A stretch of DNA of 49,983 nt, from assembly GCA_015065175.1 (NCBI GenBank), contig SVQV01000003.1, positions 1 to 49,983 on the forward strand, in the 5' to 3' direction. The stretch comes from Oscillospiraceae bacterium. Lineage in GTDB: Bacteria; Bacillota; Clostridia; Oscillospirales; CAG-272. Below, piece after piece: positions 20,010 through 29,378 of this stretch. The translations under genes were made by a program, and so were the position numbers. Each line of letters begins with the position of its first letter. Positions within the stretch are counted from its first letter, which is position 1. The notes under the pieces were generated by a model that did no database searches, was not told the DNA's origin, and saw only the letters and a list, made by a program, of their open reading frames with translations.

Positions 20010-20450
20010 ATGAAGCTCCATGAACTTTCACCTGCTGAGGGTTCTGCAAAGGCGAATTACCGCAAAGGCAGAGGCCCCGCTTCCGGTAACGGAAAAACCG
20101 CAGGAAAAGGTCACAAGGGACAGAATGCTCGTTCAGGCGGCGGCGTAAAGCCCGGATTTGAAGGAGGACAGCTTCCTTTGTACAGAAGAAATCCTAAAAG
20201 AGGATTTTTCAACAAGTTTGGCAAGCAGTATGCTATTGTCAATGTTGAGTGTTTGAATAAATTTGAAGACGGCGCAGTAGTTGATGCAGCGGCACTTCTC
20301 GAGATGGGCGTTGTAAGCTGTGCTTGCGACGGAATCAAGGTTCTCGGTAATGGCGAGCTTACTAAAAAACTCACTGTAAAAGCAAAAGTCTTTTCGGAAA
20401 CAGCGAAGGGAAAGATAGAGGCATTGGGTGGAAAGACTGAGGTGGTATAA
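20010..20450 (+). CDS. rplO: 50S ribosomal protein L15
   Basis: [19 protein letters not shown]. Confidence 0.97.
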   Translation: MKLHELSPAEGSAKANYRKGRGPASGNGKTAGKGHKGQNARSGGGVKPGFEGGQLPLYRRNPKRGFFNKFGKQYAIVNVECLNKFEDGAVVDAAALLEMGVVSCACDGIKVLGNGELTKKLTVKAKVFSETAKGKIEALGGKTEVV

Positions 20451-21830
20451 ATGCTTCAGACTTTGAGAAATGCTTGGAAACTTCCCGACGTAAGAAGAAA
20501 GCTTATTTATGTAATAGTTATTCTTCTTTTGTACCGTATAGGAACAGTAATTCCTGTACCGTATATCAATGCGACAAACTTCGACGCAACCTTCGGTGAC
20601 ACCATATTCGCATATATGGATACCCTTTCGGGCGGTTCGCTTAGTAGCGCTACCTTGTTTGCACTCGGTATTTCGCCTTACATTACGGCGTCTATCGTTA
20701 TGCAGCTTTTAGCTGTTGCTATTCCCGCTCTTGAAAGACTCTCTAAAGAGGGCGAAGAGGGCAAGAAGAAAATCAATAACATTACAAGATACGTTACAGT
20801 CGCTCTTGCGATAATAACCGCTATCGGTTATTATATGCTCCTTGCTAATAACGGAATGCTTATCAAGGGCGCAGCTAAGGGTGAAAGCAGCTATTGGTTC
20901 CTGTATGCTGTTGTTATTGTAGTTGCATTCTGCGCCGGTGCCGCACTCGTAATGTGGCTCGGCGAGAAGATTAACGAGAACGGTATTGGTAACGGTATCT
21001 CTTTGATACTCTTTGCTAATATTATTCAGAGTCTTCCTTCTGTATTCATCAGATTGTATGAGACAGCGGTTGCCGGCTTCGGTCAGAGCGCAGGTCTCGG
21101 AATTCTCGGATTAGTGCTTGCACTTCTCGTTATATGCGCGCTCCTCGCTATGACTGTTTTCGACGTGTTCGTAACAGGCAGTGAGCGCAGAATTCCCGTA
21201 CAGTATGCAAAGAGAGTTGTCGGTCGTAAGATGTACGGCGGACAGAACTCCAATCTCCCCATTCAGCTTAATATGTCGGGCGTTATGCCTGTCATCTTTG
21301 CTTCCTCTATCATTTCGTTGCCCGCAACTATTATGACTCTTTGCGGTGTAACTGCTAAAAGCAAAGGCTTCTGGGGCGGCTTCTACAGATTTATGTCCCC
21401 CACAGGTTGGTTCTATCCTGTAATACTTGTGGTGCTCATTATCGCATTTGCATATTTCTATATCACAATATCCTTCAATCCCGTTGAGGTTTCTAACAAC
21501 CTTAAGAAGAACGGCGGTATGATACCCGGTATCAGACAGGGCAGACCGACAGCGGAATATATTGCGAAGATACTTTCTAAGATCACGCTCCTCGGAGCAC
21601 TCTTCCTCAGCATCATCGCAGTGCTTCCCACTATCGCAAATCCCCTTGTTCTCACACCTATCCTTACTGCTATCTGGGGCGAAGGAAACACAGCTCTTGT
21701 TCAGACGCTCGCTTCGAGCCTTACCTTCGGCGGTACGTCAATTCTTATCGTTATAGGTGTTGCCCTTGAAACAGCGCGTGAGCTTGAAGCACAGCTTACT
21801 ATGCGTAATTACAAAGGCTTCTTGTCTTAA
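20451..21830 (+). CDS. secY: Preprotein translocase SecY
   Basis: LGISPYITASI, GIGNGISL, GVMPVIFA, GGTSILI. Confidence 0.97.
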   Translation: MLQTLRNAWKLPDVRRKLIYVIVILLLYRIGTVIPVPYINATNFDATFGDTIFAYMDTLSGGSLSSATLFALGISPYITASIVMQLLAVAIPALERLSKEGEEGKKKINNITRYVTVALAIITAIGYYMLLANNGMLIKGAAKGESSYWFLYAVVIVVAFCAGAALVMWLGEKINENGIGNGISLILFANIIQSLPSVFIRLYETAVAGFGQSAGLGILGLVLALLVICALLAMTVFDVFVTGSERRIPVQYAKRVVGRKMYGGQNSNLPIQLNMSGVMPVIFASSIISLPATIMTLCGVTAKSKGFWGGFYRFMSPTGWFYPVILVVLIIAFAYFYITISFNPVEVSNNLKKNGGMIPGIRQGRPTAEYIAKILSKITLLGALFLSIIAVLPTIANPLVLTPILTAIWGEGNTALVQTLASSLTFGGTSILIVIGVALETARELEAQLTMRNYKGFLS

Positions 21831-21851
21831 TTGCGTAGAGGAGAAAACAAT

Positions 21852-22487
21852 ATGAAGATAATATTTCTTGGAGCTCCCGGCGCAGGTAAAGGAACGCAGG
21901 CGGAGATCGTATCCGAGAGATTGGGTGTTCCTACTATCTCGACCGGTGCGATAATCCGCGCGGCGGTAAAGTCCGGTACCGAAATGGGTACGAAGGCAAA
22001 GAAATTTATCGATGCGGGACAGCTCGTGCCCGATGATGTCGTAATAGGTATCATAAGCGAGCGCTTGTCCTGTGAGGATTGCCGTAACGGATATATCCTT
22101 GACGGCTTTCCCCGCACTGTTCCGCAGGCGGAAGCCCTTGATAAAATGGGTGTTACTCTCGATGCTGTCGTTAGCTTAGAGGTTTCTGACGAAACTATCG
22201 TAAAGAGAATGAGCGGACGTCGTGTATGTGATAAATGCGGCGCATCTTATCACGTAGACCACAATCCTTCCGAGGACGGTGTTAATTGTGACAAATGTCA
22301 CACTCCGCTTTCTCTCAGACGTGACGACGCTCCCGAAGTTGTGAAAAATCGCCTCGAGGTATATCACAGTACCACTGAGCCGCTTAAGAGCTATTATGCC
22401 GAAAAGGGTATATTAAAGCTCGTATCAGGTCAGGAAAAAATAGAGGACACAACAGCTCTTACTTTATCTGTACTCGGAGTTAATTAA
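21852..22487 (+). CDS. adk: Adenylate kinase (zinc LID type)
   Basis: GAPGAGKGTQ, LDGFPRT, two CxxC in the LID; GGAG RBS before ATG 21852. Confidence 0.97.
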   Translation: MKIIFLGAPGAGKGTQAEIVSERLGVPTISTGAIIRAAVKSGTEMGTKAKKFIDAGQLVPDDVVIGIISERLSCEDCRNGYILDGFPRTVPQAEALDKMGVTLDAVVSLEVSDETIVKRMSGRRVCDKCGASYHVDHNPSEDGVNCDKCHTPLSLRRDDAPEVVKNRLEVYHSTTEPLKSYYAEKGILKLVSGQEKIEDTTALTLSVLGVN

Positions 22488-23239
22488 TGATAAGATTAAA
22501 AAATTCAGAACAGATAGAGCTTATGAAAATAGCCGGTAGGATAACAGGCGAGGCGCTCTTAGTCGCTGAAGAGGCTGTTCGCGAGGGCATCTCCACGTGG
22601 GAGCTTGACCGAATTATAAGAGCCTATATCGAAAAATGCGGTGCCAAGCCTACATTCCTCGGTTACGGCGGATTCCCCGGAAGCGCCTGCATAAGCGTAA
22701 ATGAAGAGGTAATACACGGTATTCCTTCTAAGAAGAAAATACTTCGTGAAGGCGATATCGTAAAGGTGGATGTCGGAGCCTGTTACCGAGGATATAACGG
22801 TGACAGCGCACGAACCTTCCCTGTAGGAAAAATAAGCGATGAAGCCACAAGGCTCATAGAGGTTACAAAGCAAAGCTTCTTTGAAGCGGTCAAGCATGCT
22901 CTGGTCGGAAATCGCATAGGCGATATAGGCTCAGCAGTTCAGGACTGCGCGGAGGCTGCGGGATATTCCGTAGTGCGCAAGTATGTCGGACACGGCGTAG
23001 GCGCAGAGCTTCACGAGGACCCCGAGGTTCCCAATTTCGGAACTAAGGGACGGGGAGTTCGTATCTATTCGGGCATGACCTTGGCAATAGAGCCTATGGT
23101 AAATCAGGGAACTGCCGATGTCAATGTTCTTGACAATGGCTGGACAGTTGTAACGGCTGACGGTAAGTTGTCTGCTCACTATGAGCATTCTATAGCTGTT
23201 ACGGATAACGGTCCCTTATTGCTTACCGATGTAAAGTAA
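22487..23239 (+). CDS. map: Methionine aminopeptidase type I
   Basis: HGIP, GHGVG, AIEPM, SAHYEH. Confidence 0.97.
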   Translation: MIRLKNSEQIELMKIAGRITGEALLVAEEAVREGISTWELDRIIRAYIEKCGAKPTFLGYGGFPGSACISVNEEVIHGIPSKKKILREGDIVKVDVGACYRGYNGDSARTFPVGKISDEATRLIEVTKQSFFEAVKHALVGNRIGDIGSAVQDCAEAAGYSVVRKYVGHGVGAELHEDPEVPNFGTKGRGVRIYSGMTLAIEPMVNQGTADVNVLDNGWTVVTADGKLSAHYEHSIAVTDNGPLLLTDVK

Positions 23240-23286
23240 ATAAAGCACAAAGGTTTATTATCTAACAGAGAACAGGAGTGATTATT

Positions 23287-23508
23287 CTGCCGAAGGACGA
23301 TTTGATTGAATTTGAGGATGGCGAGGTAATCGAAGCATTGCCTAACGCGACCTTCAAAGTAAAGCTTCCTAACGGTCACATCGTGACTGCACACATTTCA
23401 GGAAAGCTTCGTATGAACTATATTAAAATTCTTCCCGGTGATACGGTAACGGTCGAGGTTTCGGTATACGACCTCACTAAAGGACGTATCACATGGAGAA
23501 AAAAGTAA
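23287..23508 (+). CDS. infA: Translation initiation factor IF-1 (probable CTG start; the ORF track starts at GTG 23278)
   Basis: [24 protein letters not shown]; SD AGGAGTGA at 23274-23281. Confidence 0.93.
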   Translation: MPKDDLIEFEDGEVIEALPNATFKVKLPNGHIVTAHISGKLRMNYIKILPGDTVTVEVSVYDLTKGRITWRKK

Positions 23509-23539
23509 AATAAAATTCTGAAAGGAACGGTATACAACA

Positions 23540-23653
23540 ATGAAAGTTAAGCCTTCCGTCAAGAAGATTTGCGAAAAGTGCAAAATCATCAAGAGAAAAG
23601 GCCACGTGATGGTAATCTGCGAAAATCCCAAGCACAAGCAGAAGCAGGGCTGA
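23540..23653 (+). CDS. rpmJ: 50S ribosomal protein L36 (not in the ORF track)
   Basis: Manual translation [37 protein letters not shown]. Confidence 0.97.
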   Translation: MKVKPSVKKICEKCKIIKRKGHVMVICENPKHKQKQG

Positions 23654-23719
23654 GGATAAGCAGAAATAAACAATTTGCCGAAAGGCATCAAAACAAAACA
23701 AAAAGGAGTGTAATATCTA

Positions 23720-24088
23720 ATGGCTCGTATAGCTGGTGTTGATATTCCAAACAACAAGCGCGTTGAAATAGCATTGACATACATCTATGGAATCGGCTTG
23801 AAAAGCTCTCGTGATATCCTTGCGAAGACAGGCATTAACCCTGACACACGCGCAAAGGACTTGACCGAGCAGGAAGTCGCAAAGCTCCGTGACGAAATCG
23901 AATCCTCCTACCACGTAGAAGGTGACCTTCGCCGTGAGATTGCGTTCAATATTAAGAGATTGGTTGAAATTAACTGCTATCGCGGTATAAGACACAGAAA
24001 AGGTCTTCCCGTAAGAGGACAGAGAACAAAGACCAACGCAAGAACAAGAAAAGGTCCCGCAAAGACCATAGCAAATAAGAAGAAATAA
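23720..24088 (+). CDS. rpsM: 30S ribosomal protein S13
   Basis: [25 protein letters not shown]. Confidence 0.98.
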   Translation: MARIAGVDIPNNKRVEIALTYIYGIGLKSSRDILAKTGINPDTRAKDLTEQEVAKLRDEIESSYHVEGDLRREIAFNIKRLVEINCYRGIRHRKGLPVRGQRTKTNARTRKGPAKTIANKKK

Positions 24089-24101
24089 GGAGATAGGACA
24101 G

Positions 24102-24497
24102 ATGGCAAACGCACCTAAGAAGGTAATTAAAAAGCGTCGTGAGCGCAAGAACATCGAAAAAGGCTCTGCACATATTCGTTCTACTTTCAATAACACTATC
24201 GTAACCATCACCGATACCGTAGGAAACACAGTTTCTTGGGCATCTGCAGGTGAGCTTGGTTTCAAGGGTTCCAGAAAGTCTACTCCTTTCGCAGCTCAGT
24301 CTGCTGCTGAGCAGGCTGCAAGACTTGCAATCGAGCACGGTATGAAAACCGTAGAAGTTTATGTCAGAGGTCCCGGAGCAGGTAGAGAGTCCGCTATCCG
24401 CGCTCTCCAGACAGCCGGACTTGACATCACCATGATTAAGGACGTAACACCTATTCCTCACAATGGATGCCGTCCGCCCAAACGCCGTCGCGTTTAA
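24102..24497 (+). CDS. rpsK: 30S ribosomal protein S11
   Basis: [25 protein letters not shown]. Confidence 0.98.
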   Translation: MANAPKKVIKKRRERKNIEKGSAHIRSTFNNTIVTITDTVGNTVSWASAGELGFKGSRKSTPFAAQSAAEQAARLAIEHGMKTVEVYVRGPGAGRESAIRALQTAGLDITMIKDVTPIPHNGCRPPKRRRV

Positions 24498-24519
24498 TCA
24501 ATAGGGAGGTAAAGAAAGA

Positions 24520-25146
24520 ATGGCAAGATATACAGGACCAAGCTGCAAGCTCTGCCGCAGAGAAGGAACAAAGCTCTTTCTTAAGGGAGAACGTTGCACA
24601 TCAGGTAAGTGCGCTATAGAGCGCAGAAGCACAGCTCCCGGTCAGCACGGTGCAGCTCGTAAAAAGGTTGAAGAATACGGAAGACAGCTTCGTGAAAAGC
24701 AGAAGGCAAGACGCTACTATGGCGTACTCGAGAATCAGTTCGCGAGATATTACGACATGGCAGAAGTTAAAGAGGGTATGACAGGTGAGAACCTCCTTAC
24801 CTTGCTTGAGAGACGTCTTGACAACGTTGTTTACAGAATGGGTATGGCAGAAAGCCGCAAGGAAGCCCGTCAGCTCGTACTTCACGCTCACTTCACATTG
24901 AACGGTAACAAGGTTAATATTCCCTCTATCCTCGTTAAGCCCGGTGATGTTATCGCTGTTAAGGAAAGCAGCCGCGATTCCGCGAAGATCAAGGGACTTG
25001 CTGAAGGCGTTGAAGGAAAGATTAAGCCGAAGTGGCTTGATGTTGATGCTGCAAATCTCAGCGCAAAGGTAGTTAGCCTTCCTGCGAGAGACGATATTGA
25101 CTTTGACTTTGAAGAGCAGCTTATCGTCGAACTTTATTCCAAGTAA
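24520..25146 (+). CDS. rpsD: 30S ribosomal protein S4
   Basis: [34 protein letters not shown]. Confidence 0.98.
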   Translation: MARYTGPSCKLCRREGTKLFLKGERCTSGKCAIERRSTAPGQHGAARKKVEEYGRQLREKQKARRYYGVLENQFARYYDMAEVKEGMTGENLLTLLERRLDNVVYRMGMAESRKEARQLVLHAHFTLNGNKVNIPSILVKPGDVIAVKESSRDSAKIKGLAEGVEGKIKPKWLDVDAANLSAKVVSLPARDDIDFDFEEQLIVELYSK

Positions 25147-25286
25147 TAGTCGCCTCCGATATATTGTGTTTTATATCCGAACGGCTATTACGGCTTAAGT
25201 TCTTATATAGCACAATTTATCAATTTAACCCGCCTTATCCGTATGGATAAGTACCAAAAAAATTGAATTTAGGAGGATTGAAACAG

Positions 25287-26255
25287 ATGTTTGAGAAGCC
25301 GAATATTACAGCTACCGTATTGAGTGAAGACGGCAGTGAGGGCGAGTTCGTTGTAGAACCTCTTGAAAGAGGCTATGGCATCACACTCGGTAACTCTTTG
25401 CGCAGAATTTTGCTCAGTTCACTTCCGGGTTACGCCGCTACAAGCATTAAAATTGACGGCGTAAAGCACGAGATCTCTACAGTTGAGGGCGTAACAGAAG
25501 ACGTTCCCGAAATTGTTTTGAATGTAAAGGGAATTATCGCTAAGCTTCATGTTGACACACCCAAGAGCGTTATTATAGACGTAACAGGTCCTCATGATGT
25601 AAAGGCGGGAGATATCGTTCCCGATGCTGACATTGAGATTTTGAACCCCGATCATCATATCGCTACCTTGGCTGAAGGCTCAAGATTCTTTATGGAGCTT
25701 ACCTTCGACTGCGGAAGAGGATATGTATCTCAGGATAAGAATAAGCAGAATTTTGTTTCCGCTCTCGGTGCAAATGTTAGCGCGCCTATTGGTACTATTT
25801 TCACAGACTCTATATTCACACCTGTTTACAAGGTTGAATACAAGGTAGAGAATACACGTGTCGGCAACATTACCGACTACGATAAGCTCACAATAAGAGT
25901 TCTGACAAACGGTACGATATCCGCGCAGGAAGCAATCTCACATGGCGCCAAGATTCTCAACGAGCATCTCAACCTCTTTGTTAATATGTCTGATGACGCT
26001 AAGAACGCTGTCATTATGATAGAACGCAAGGAAGCGCAGAAGGGAAAAGTTCTTGAGATGACCATTGAGGAACTTGACTTGTCTGTTCGTAGCTTTAACT
26101 GCTTGAAGAGAGCAGGAATAGACAATGTTGAGGATTTGATCAATCATACCGAAGAGGATATGATTAAGGTTAGAAACCTTGGAAGAAAATCGCTTGAAGA
26201 AGTAATTCAGAAGCTTCACTTCTTGGGACTTGAGCTTAAGAAAGTCGAAGAATGA
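25287..26255 (+). CDS. rpoA: RNA polymerase alpha subunit
   Basis: [43 protein letters not shown]; AGGAGG RBS before ATG 25287. Confidence 0.98.
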   Translation: MFEKPNITATVLSEDGSEGEFVVEPLERGYGITLGNSLRRILLSSLPGYAATSIKIDGVKHEISTVEGVTEDVPEIVLNVKGIIAKLHVDTPKSVIIDVTGPHDVKAGDIVPDADIEILNPDHHIATLAEGSRFFMELTFDCGRGYVSQDKNKQNFVSALGANVSAPIGTIFTDSIFTPVYKVEYKVENTRVGNITDYDKLTIRVLTNGTISAQEAISHGAKILNEHLNLFVNMSDDAKNAVIMIERKEAQKGKVLEMTIEELDLSVRSFNCLKRAGIDNVEDLINHTEEDMIKVRNLGRKSLEEVIQKLHFLGLELKKVEE

Positions 26256-26281
26256 TTTAAGTAAAATAGGAGGTAAAGGAA

Positions 26282-26656
26282 ATGCCCGGAACCAGAAAGC
26301 TCGGCAGAACAAGCGCTCACAGAAAATCAATGTTGAGAGGCATGGTTACTTATTTGTTCGAAAACGGACAGATCGAGACAACTCTCACAAGAGCAAAAGA
26401 GCTTCGTGCTGTAGCAGAAGATATGATTACCCTCGCAAAGAAGAACACACTTTCTTCTTACCGTGAGGCTCTTGGATATATCACTAAGGAAGATGTAGCT
26501 AAAAAGCTCTTCGACCAGATCGCTCCTTCTTATGAGAAGAGAGCAGGTGGTTACACCCAGATCTATAAGTTAGGTCCCCGTCGCGGTGACGCAGCTGAAA
26601 TGGCACTCATTAAGCTCGTAAGCGCAGACGAAAAAGAGGAGACCGAAGCAAAATAA
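26282..26656 (+). CDS. rplQ: 50S ribosomal protein L17
   Basis: [22 protein letters not shown]. Confidence 0.98.
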   Translation: MPGTRKLGRTSAHRKSMLRGMVTYLFENGQIETTLTRAKELRAVAEDMITLAKKNTLSSYREALGYITKEDVAKKLFDQIAPSYEKRAGGYTQIYKLGPRRGDAAEMALIKLVSADEKEETEAK

Positions 26657-26680
26657 TTTATGAAATGAAAATTTCATAGG

Positions 26681-26713
26681 AAAAACCGCTCTATTCAGGT
26701 AGAGCGGTTTTTT
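26681..26713 (+). terminator. Intrinsic terminator of the ribosomal cluster (bidirectional)
   Basis: AAAAACCGCTCTA-loop-TAGAGCGGTTTTTT. Confidence 0.9.
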
Positions 26714-26889
26714 GTGTGTGGAGTGAAAAATATAGGTTCTATAAAAGCTCGTTTTGCAATTTGTATACCCTCCCGTGCGGAAAGCAAAACAACGGTGTCT
26801 CCGGCTGCAATCTCATAGTATTCTCTTAGATGAATAGGAAGAAGTATTCTTCCAAGCTCATCAATTTTTTGTATAATTTTGAATGTCAT
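26695..26889 (-). CDS. AbrB/MazE/SpoVT-family DNA-binding protein, possibly 3'-truncated
   Basis: KIDELGRILLP..LR..I..GD AbrB signature; AGGAG RBS; the reading frame runs into the terminator. Confidence 0.7.
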   Translation of the reverse strand: MTFKIIQKIDELGRILLPIHLREYYEIAAGDTVVLLSAREGIQIAKRAFIEPIFFTPHTKNRST

Positions 26890-27066
26890 TAAATATTCTC
26901 CTTTTTCGTTGTTGGCATATAGACCTATATTTGCTCTGCAAGCTAATTATAGCATGTATATATATGAAAATTTTGTCGAAGTATGTTGCAGAAATTTATA
27001 TTCATTCGATAAAAAACAATAAAAAAAGAAGATACCAAAAAGGTATCTTTAAATATATAAAACTGT

Positions 27067-27384
27067 TTATAGGGCTTTGATATATGCATCCAAGATAGCA
27101 ACGGCACCTGCGCGTTGCTTTGGTGTTAATGTGTCTAATTTAGCGGATATTTCATTGTTGAAATGAGGTACTGCGGAAATTTCATCCTTTAATAAAGAGT
27201 CTGCTGACACGCCGAGCGCTTCGACAATCTGAATGAAGACCGTTAAGCTCGGGAGCTTTTGTCCTCTCTCTATTTCTCCGATGTAATAGAAGCCGACATT
27301 GGCAAGCTCTGCCAACTGCTCTTGCGTGAGTTTCTTTTTCAAACGAGCTTCTCTTATTCTCGTTCCTAATGTAGATTGATTCAT
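27067..27384 (-). CDS. XRE-family HTH regulator
   Basis: LGTRIREAR..LTQEQLAE..IERG..PSL; GGAGG RBS before ATG 27384. Confidence 0.9.
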   Translation of the reverse strand: MNQSTLGTRIREARLKKKLTQEQLAELANVGFYYIGEIERGQKLPSLTVFIQIVEALGVSADSLLKDEISAVPHFNNEISAKLDTLTPKQRAGAVAILDAYIKAL

Positions 27385-27698
27385 TATACATCCTCCAAGC
27401 TGATAGCCAATAATTTGTACCAATGTTCTACACCAATATTATAGGGGATTTGTATAAAAATATGAATTGGCTATATAGCAAACATTTGACCGAATAGCCA
27501 ATATAGAAACGCAAAAAATTGGATTTTATACAATGTGTGGGGAATCTATATAAGAGAAAACAGTAAATTTTTGTTTGAAATTTTACATCGCATTTTCGTC
27601 GAGAGCCTTTCTACGTTCAAGGATGACATAAAAAGAAAGGTACGAGGATAAAAATGGTGGAGGAGAGGTTGCCGTAAACTTTTATATGAAAAAATATA

Positions 27699-27727
27699 TT
27701 GAAATAAGAAAAGTAATGTGTTATAAT
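27699..27727 (+). promoter_or_regulatory. sigma70/A promoter with extended -10, upstream of the repeat array and the M20 gene
   Basis: TTGAAA-17 bp-TATAAT, preceded by TG. Confidence 0.75.
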
Positions 27728-28109
27728 TATCGCAGAAAGTCTTGCAAGCAAGCCTTTGGGGCTTCGCCCCTATGCGTGCGTTCGCACGCCTGCGAAATTG
27801 AAACAGTTCGCAAAAATGTCCTTGCAAGCAAACATTTTTGCTCGTGTTATAATGGACGCAGAAAGTCTTGTAAGCAAGCCTTTGGGGCTTCGCCCCTATG
27901 CGTGCGTTCGCACGCCTGCGAAATTGAAGCAGTTCGCAAAAATGTCCTTGCAAGCAAACATTTTTGCTCGTGTTATAATGGACGCAGAAAGTCTTGTAAG
28001 CAAGCCTTTGGGGGCTTCGCCCCTATGCGTGCGTTCCGCACGCCTACGAAATTGAAACAGTTCGCAAAAATGTCCTTGCGAGCAAACATTTTTACTTGTA
28101 TTATAATTA
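27718..28109 (+). repeat. Tandem array of three 126-128 bp hairpin-rich units, each bounded by GT(G/A)TTATAAT
   Basis: Units start CGCAGAAAG at 27731, 27857 and 27983; near-identical; no variable spacers. Confidence 0.95.
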
Positions 28110-28124
28110 AAAGGAGACAACGTT

Positions 28125-29366
28125 ATGGAGATCTTGAAAAAAATTGAGGAGCGCAAGGAAGAGCTTTTTGAAATTCTTTGCGAGCTTATAAGAATTGATT
28201 CTCAGAGCTTTGGAAATACGGGAGAGAGTCGGGAGATTGCCGACTTTATCGCCAAGCAATTTGAGGATATGGGATATGAGGCGGATGTGTATTCACCTCT
28301 GTCTATCGAGGGTATGAAAGAGCATCCCGATTATTGGGGACTGCACGAGCTTGAAAACAGATTTAACGTATCTGCCGTTATTCCGGGCAAGGATCACACA
28401 AGACGGCTCATGCTTGCCGCGCACAGTGACACTGTGGCTATTGGTGACAGGAGAAACTGGACTGTAGATCCGTTCGGCGGCATAATAAAGGACGGCAAGA
28501 TTTGGGGCAGGGGCGCTTGCGATGACAAATACGGAATTGCGACGGCGCTGTTTCTGTTCAGGCTTTTCAAGGACGAGGGAATAGAATTTCCTTGCGACAT
28601 TGTATTTACCGCATACTGCAATGAAGAATACGGCGGAAGCCATGGAGCACTTGCGGCATGCCTTAAATATCCCTGCGATGACATAATAAATATGGACTGT
28701 AAAAACTTCGAAATATGGATATGCGCTGTCGGCGGTGAAGAAATGAGAGCGCATATATCGGCGCAGGACTCGGTCGATGACTGCGGAGTTATGCTTGACG
28801 GACTTGCCGTTCTGAAGGATGAATTTGCGTCCTTCAGGGAAAAGCGCTATGCAGAGCTGAAAGCGCATCCCGAGTATGCCGATACGGTAATTCCCGACAC
28901 GTCGGTAAGATTTATGGAGATGAAGGCGGGAAATGCTGGCGCGGATCTTGGCAAAGCGTCGGTTGAAGTATGTTACTATGCGGCGGCAAGCAGAGAAAAA
29001 ATCGAAGAAGAATTCACCGATATGGCGAAGCGCATAGACGATCGCCTTCAGCCTATGGGATTAAAGTTTGACCGTTATGAAAAGGAAACGAGATTTTTCC
29101 ATTTCGGTAAATCAGAAAAAGAAAACCCCGTTGTTGAAAAGCTGATAGCATCAGCAAAAGAAGCAAGCGGCAGAGTTCTCACACCTTGCGGCTCGTGTCA
29201 GTCCGACCTGTCTATCTTCTTGAAATACGGTAGCCCGAGAGCGATATCCTTCGGTATAGGCAGAGATTTCGGCGCATACGGCGGCGCTCATCAGGCGGAT
29301 GAGCATATCGACTGCGACAGATTGCTTGAATTCGCAAAAATTATGGGTAAGTTCCTCTCAGAATGA
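28125..29366 (+). CDS. M20/M25/M40 metallopeptidase (ArgE/DapE-like)
   Basis: AHSDTV, GRGACDDK, NEEYGG, AHQADE; AGGAG RBS. Confidence 0.9.
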   Translation: MEILKKIEERKEELFEILCELIRIDSQSFGNTGESREIADFIAKQFEDMGYEADVYSPLSIEGMKEHPDYWGLHELENRFNVSAVIPGKDHTRRLMLAAHSDTVAIGDRRNWTVDPFGGIIKDGKIWGRGACDDKYGIATALFLFRLFKDEGIEFPCDIVFTAYCNEEYGGSHGALAACLKYPCDDIINMDCKNFEIWICAVGGEEMRAHISAQDSVDDCGVMLDGLAVLKDEFASFREKRYAELKAHPEYADTVIPDTSVRFMEMKAGNAGADLGKASVEVCYYAAASREKIEEEFTDMAKRIDDRLQPMGLKFDRYEKETRFFHFGKSEKENPVVEKLIASAKEASGRVLTPCGSCQSDLSIFLKYGSPRAISFGIGRDFGAYGGAHQADEHIDCDRLLEFAKIMGKFLSE

Positions 29367-29378
29367 CAGACGGTTTGT

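Noticed and set aside
23240-23286. Absence of the KOW/L14e-like gene often found between map and infA in Clostridia
   Set aside because: Patchy presence of this gene is common and not informative alone.
27663-27674. 12-mer GAGAGGTTGCCG shared with the S10 leader (10793-10804)
   Set aside because: The flanks do not align, and a 12-bp match is expected by chance in 50 kb.
27718-28109. CRISPR array interpretation of the tandem repeats
   Set aside because: Units are 126 bp and near-identical throughout, with no unique spacers and no cas genes in the window.
27546-28156. ORFs 27686-28147, 27756-28055, 27546-27953 and 27896-28156 with repeated peptides
   Set aside because: By-products of a 126-bp (42-codon) repeat; open in several frames on both strands, with no well-placed RBS.
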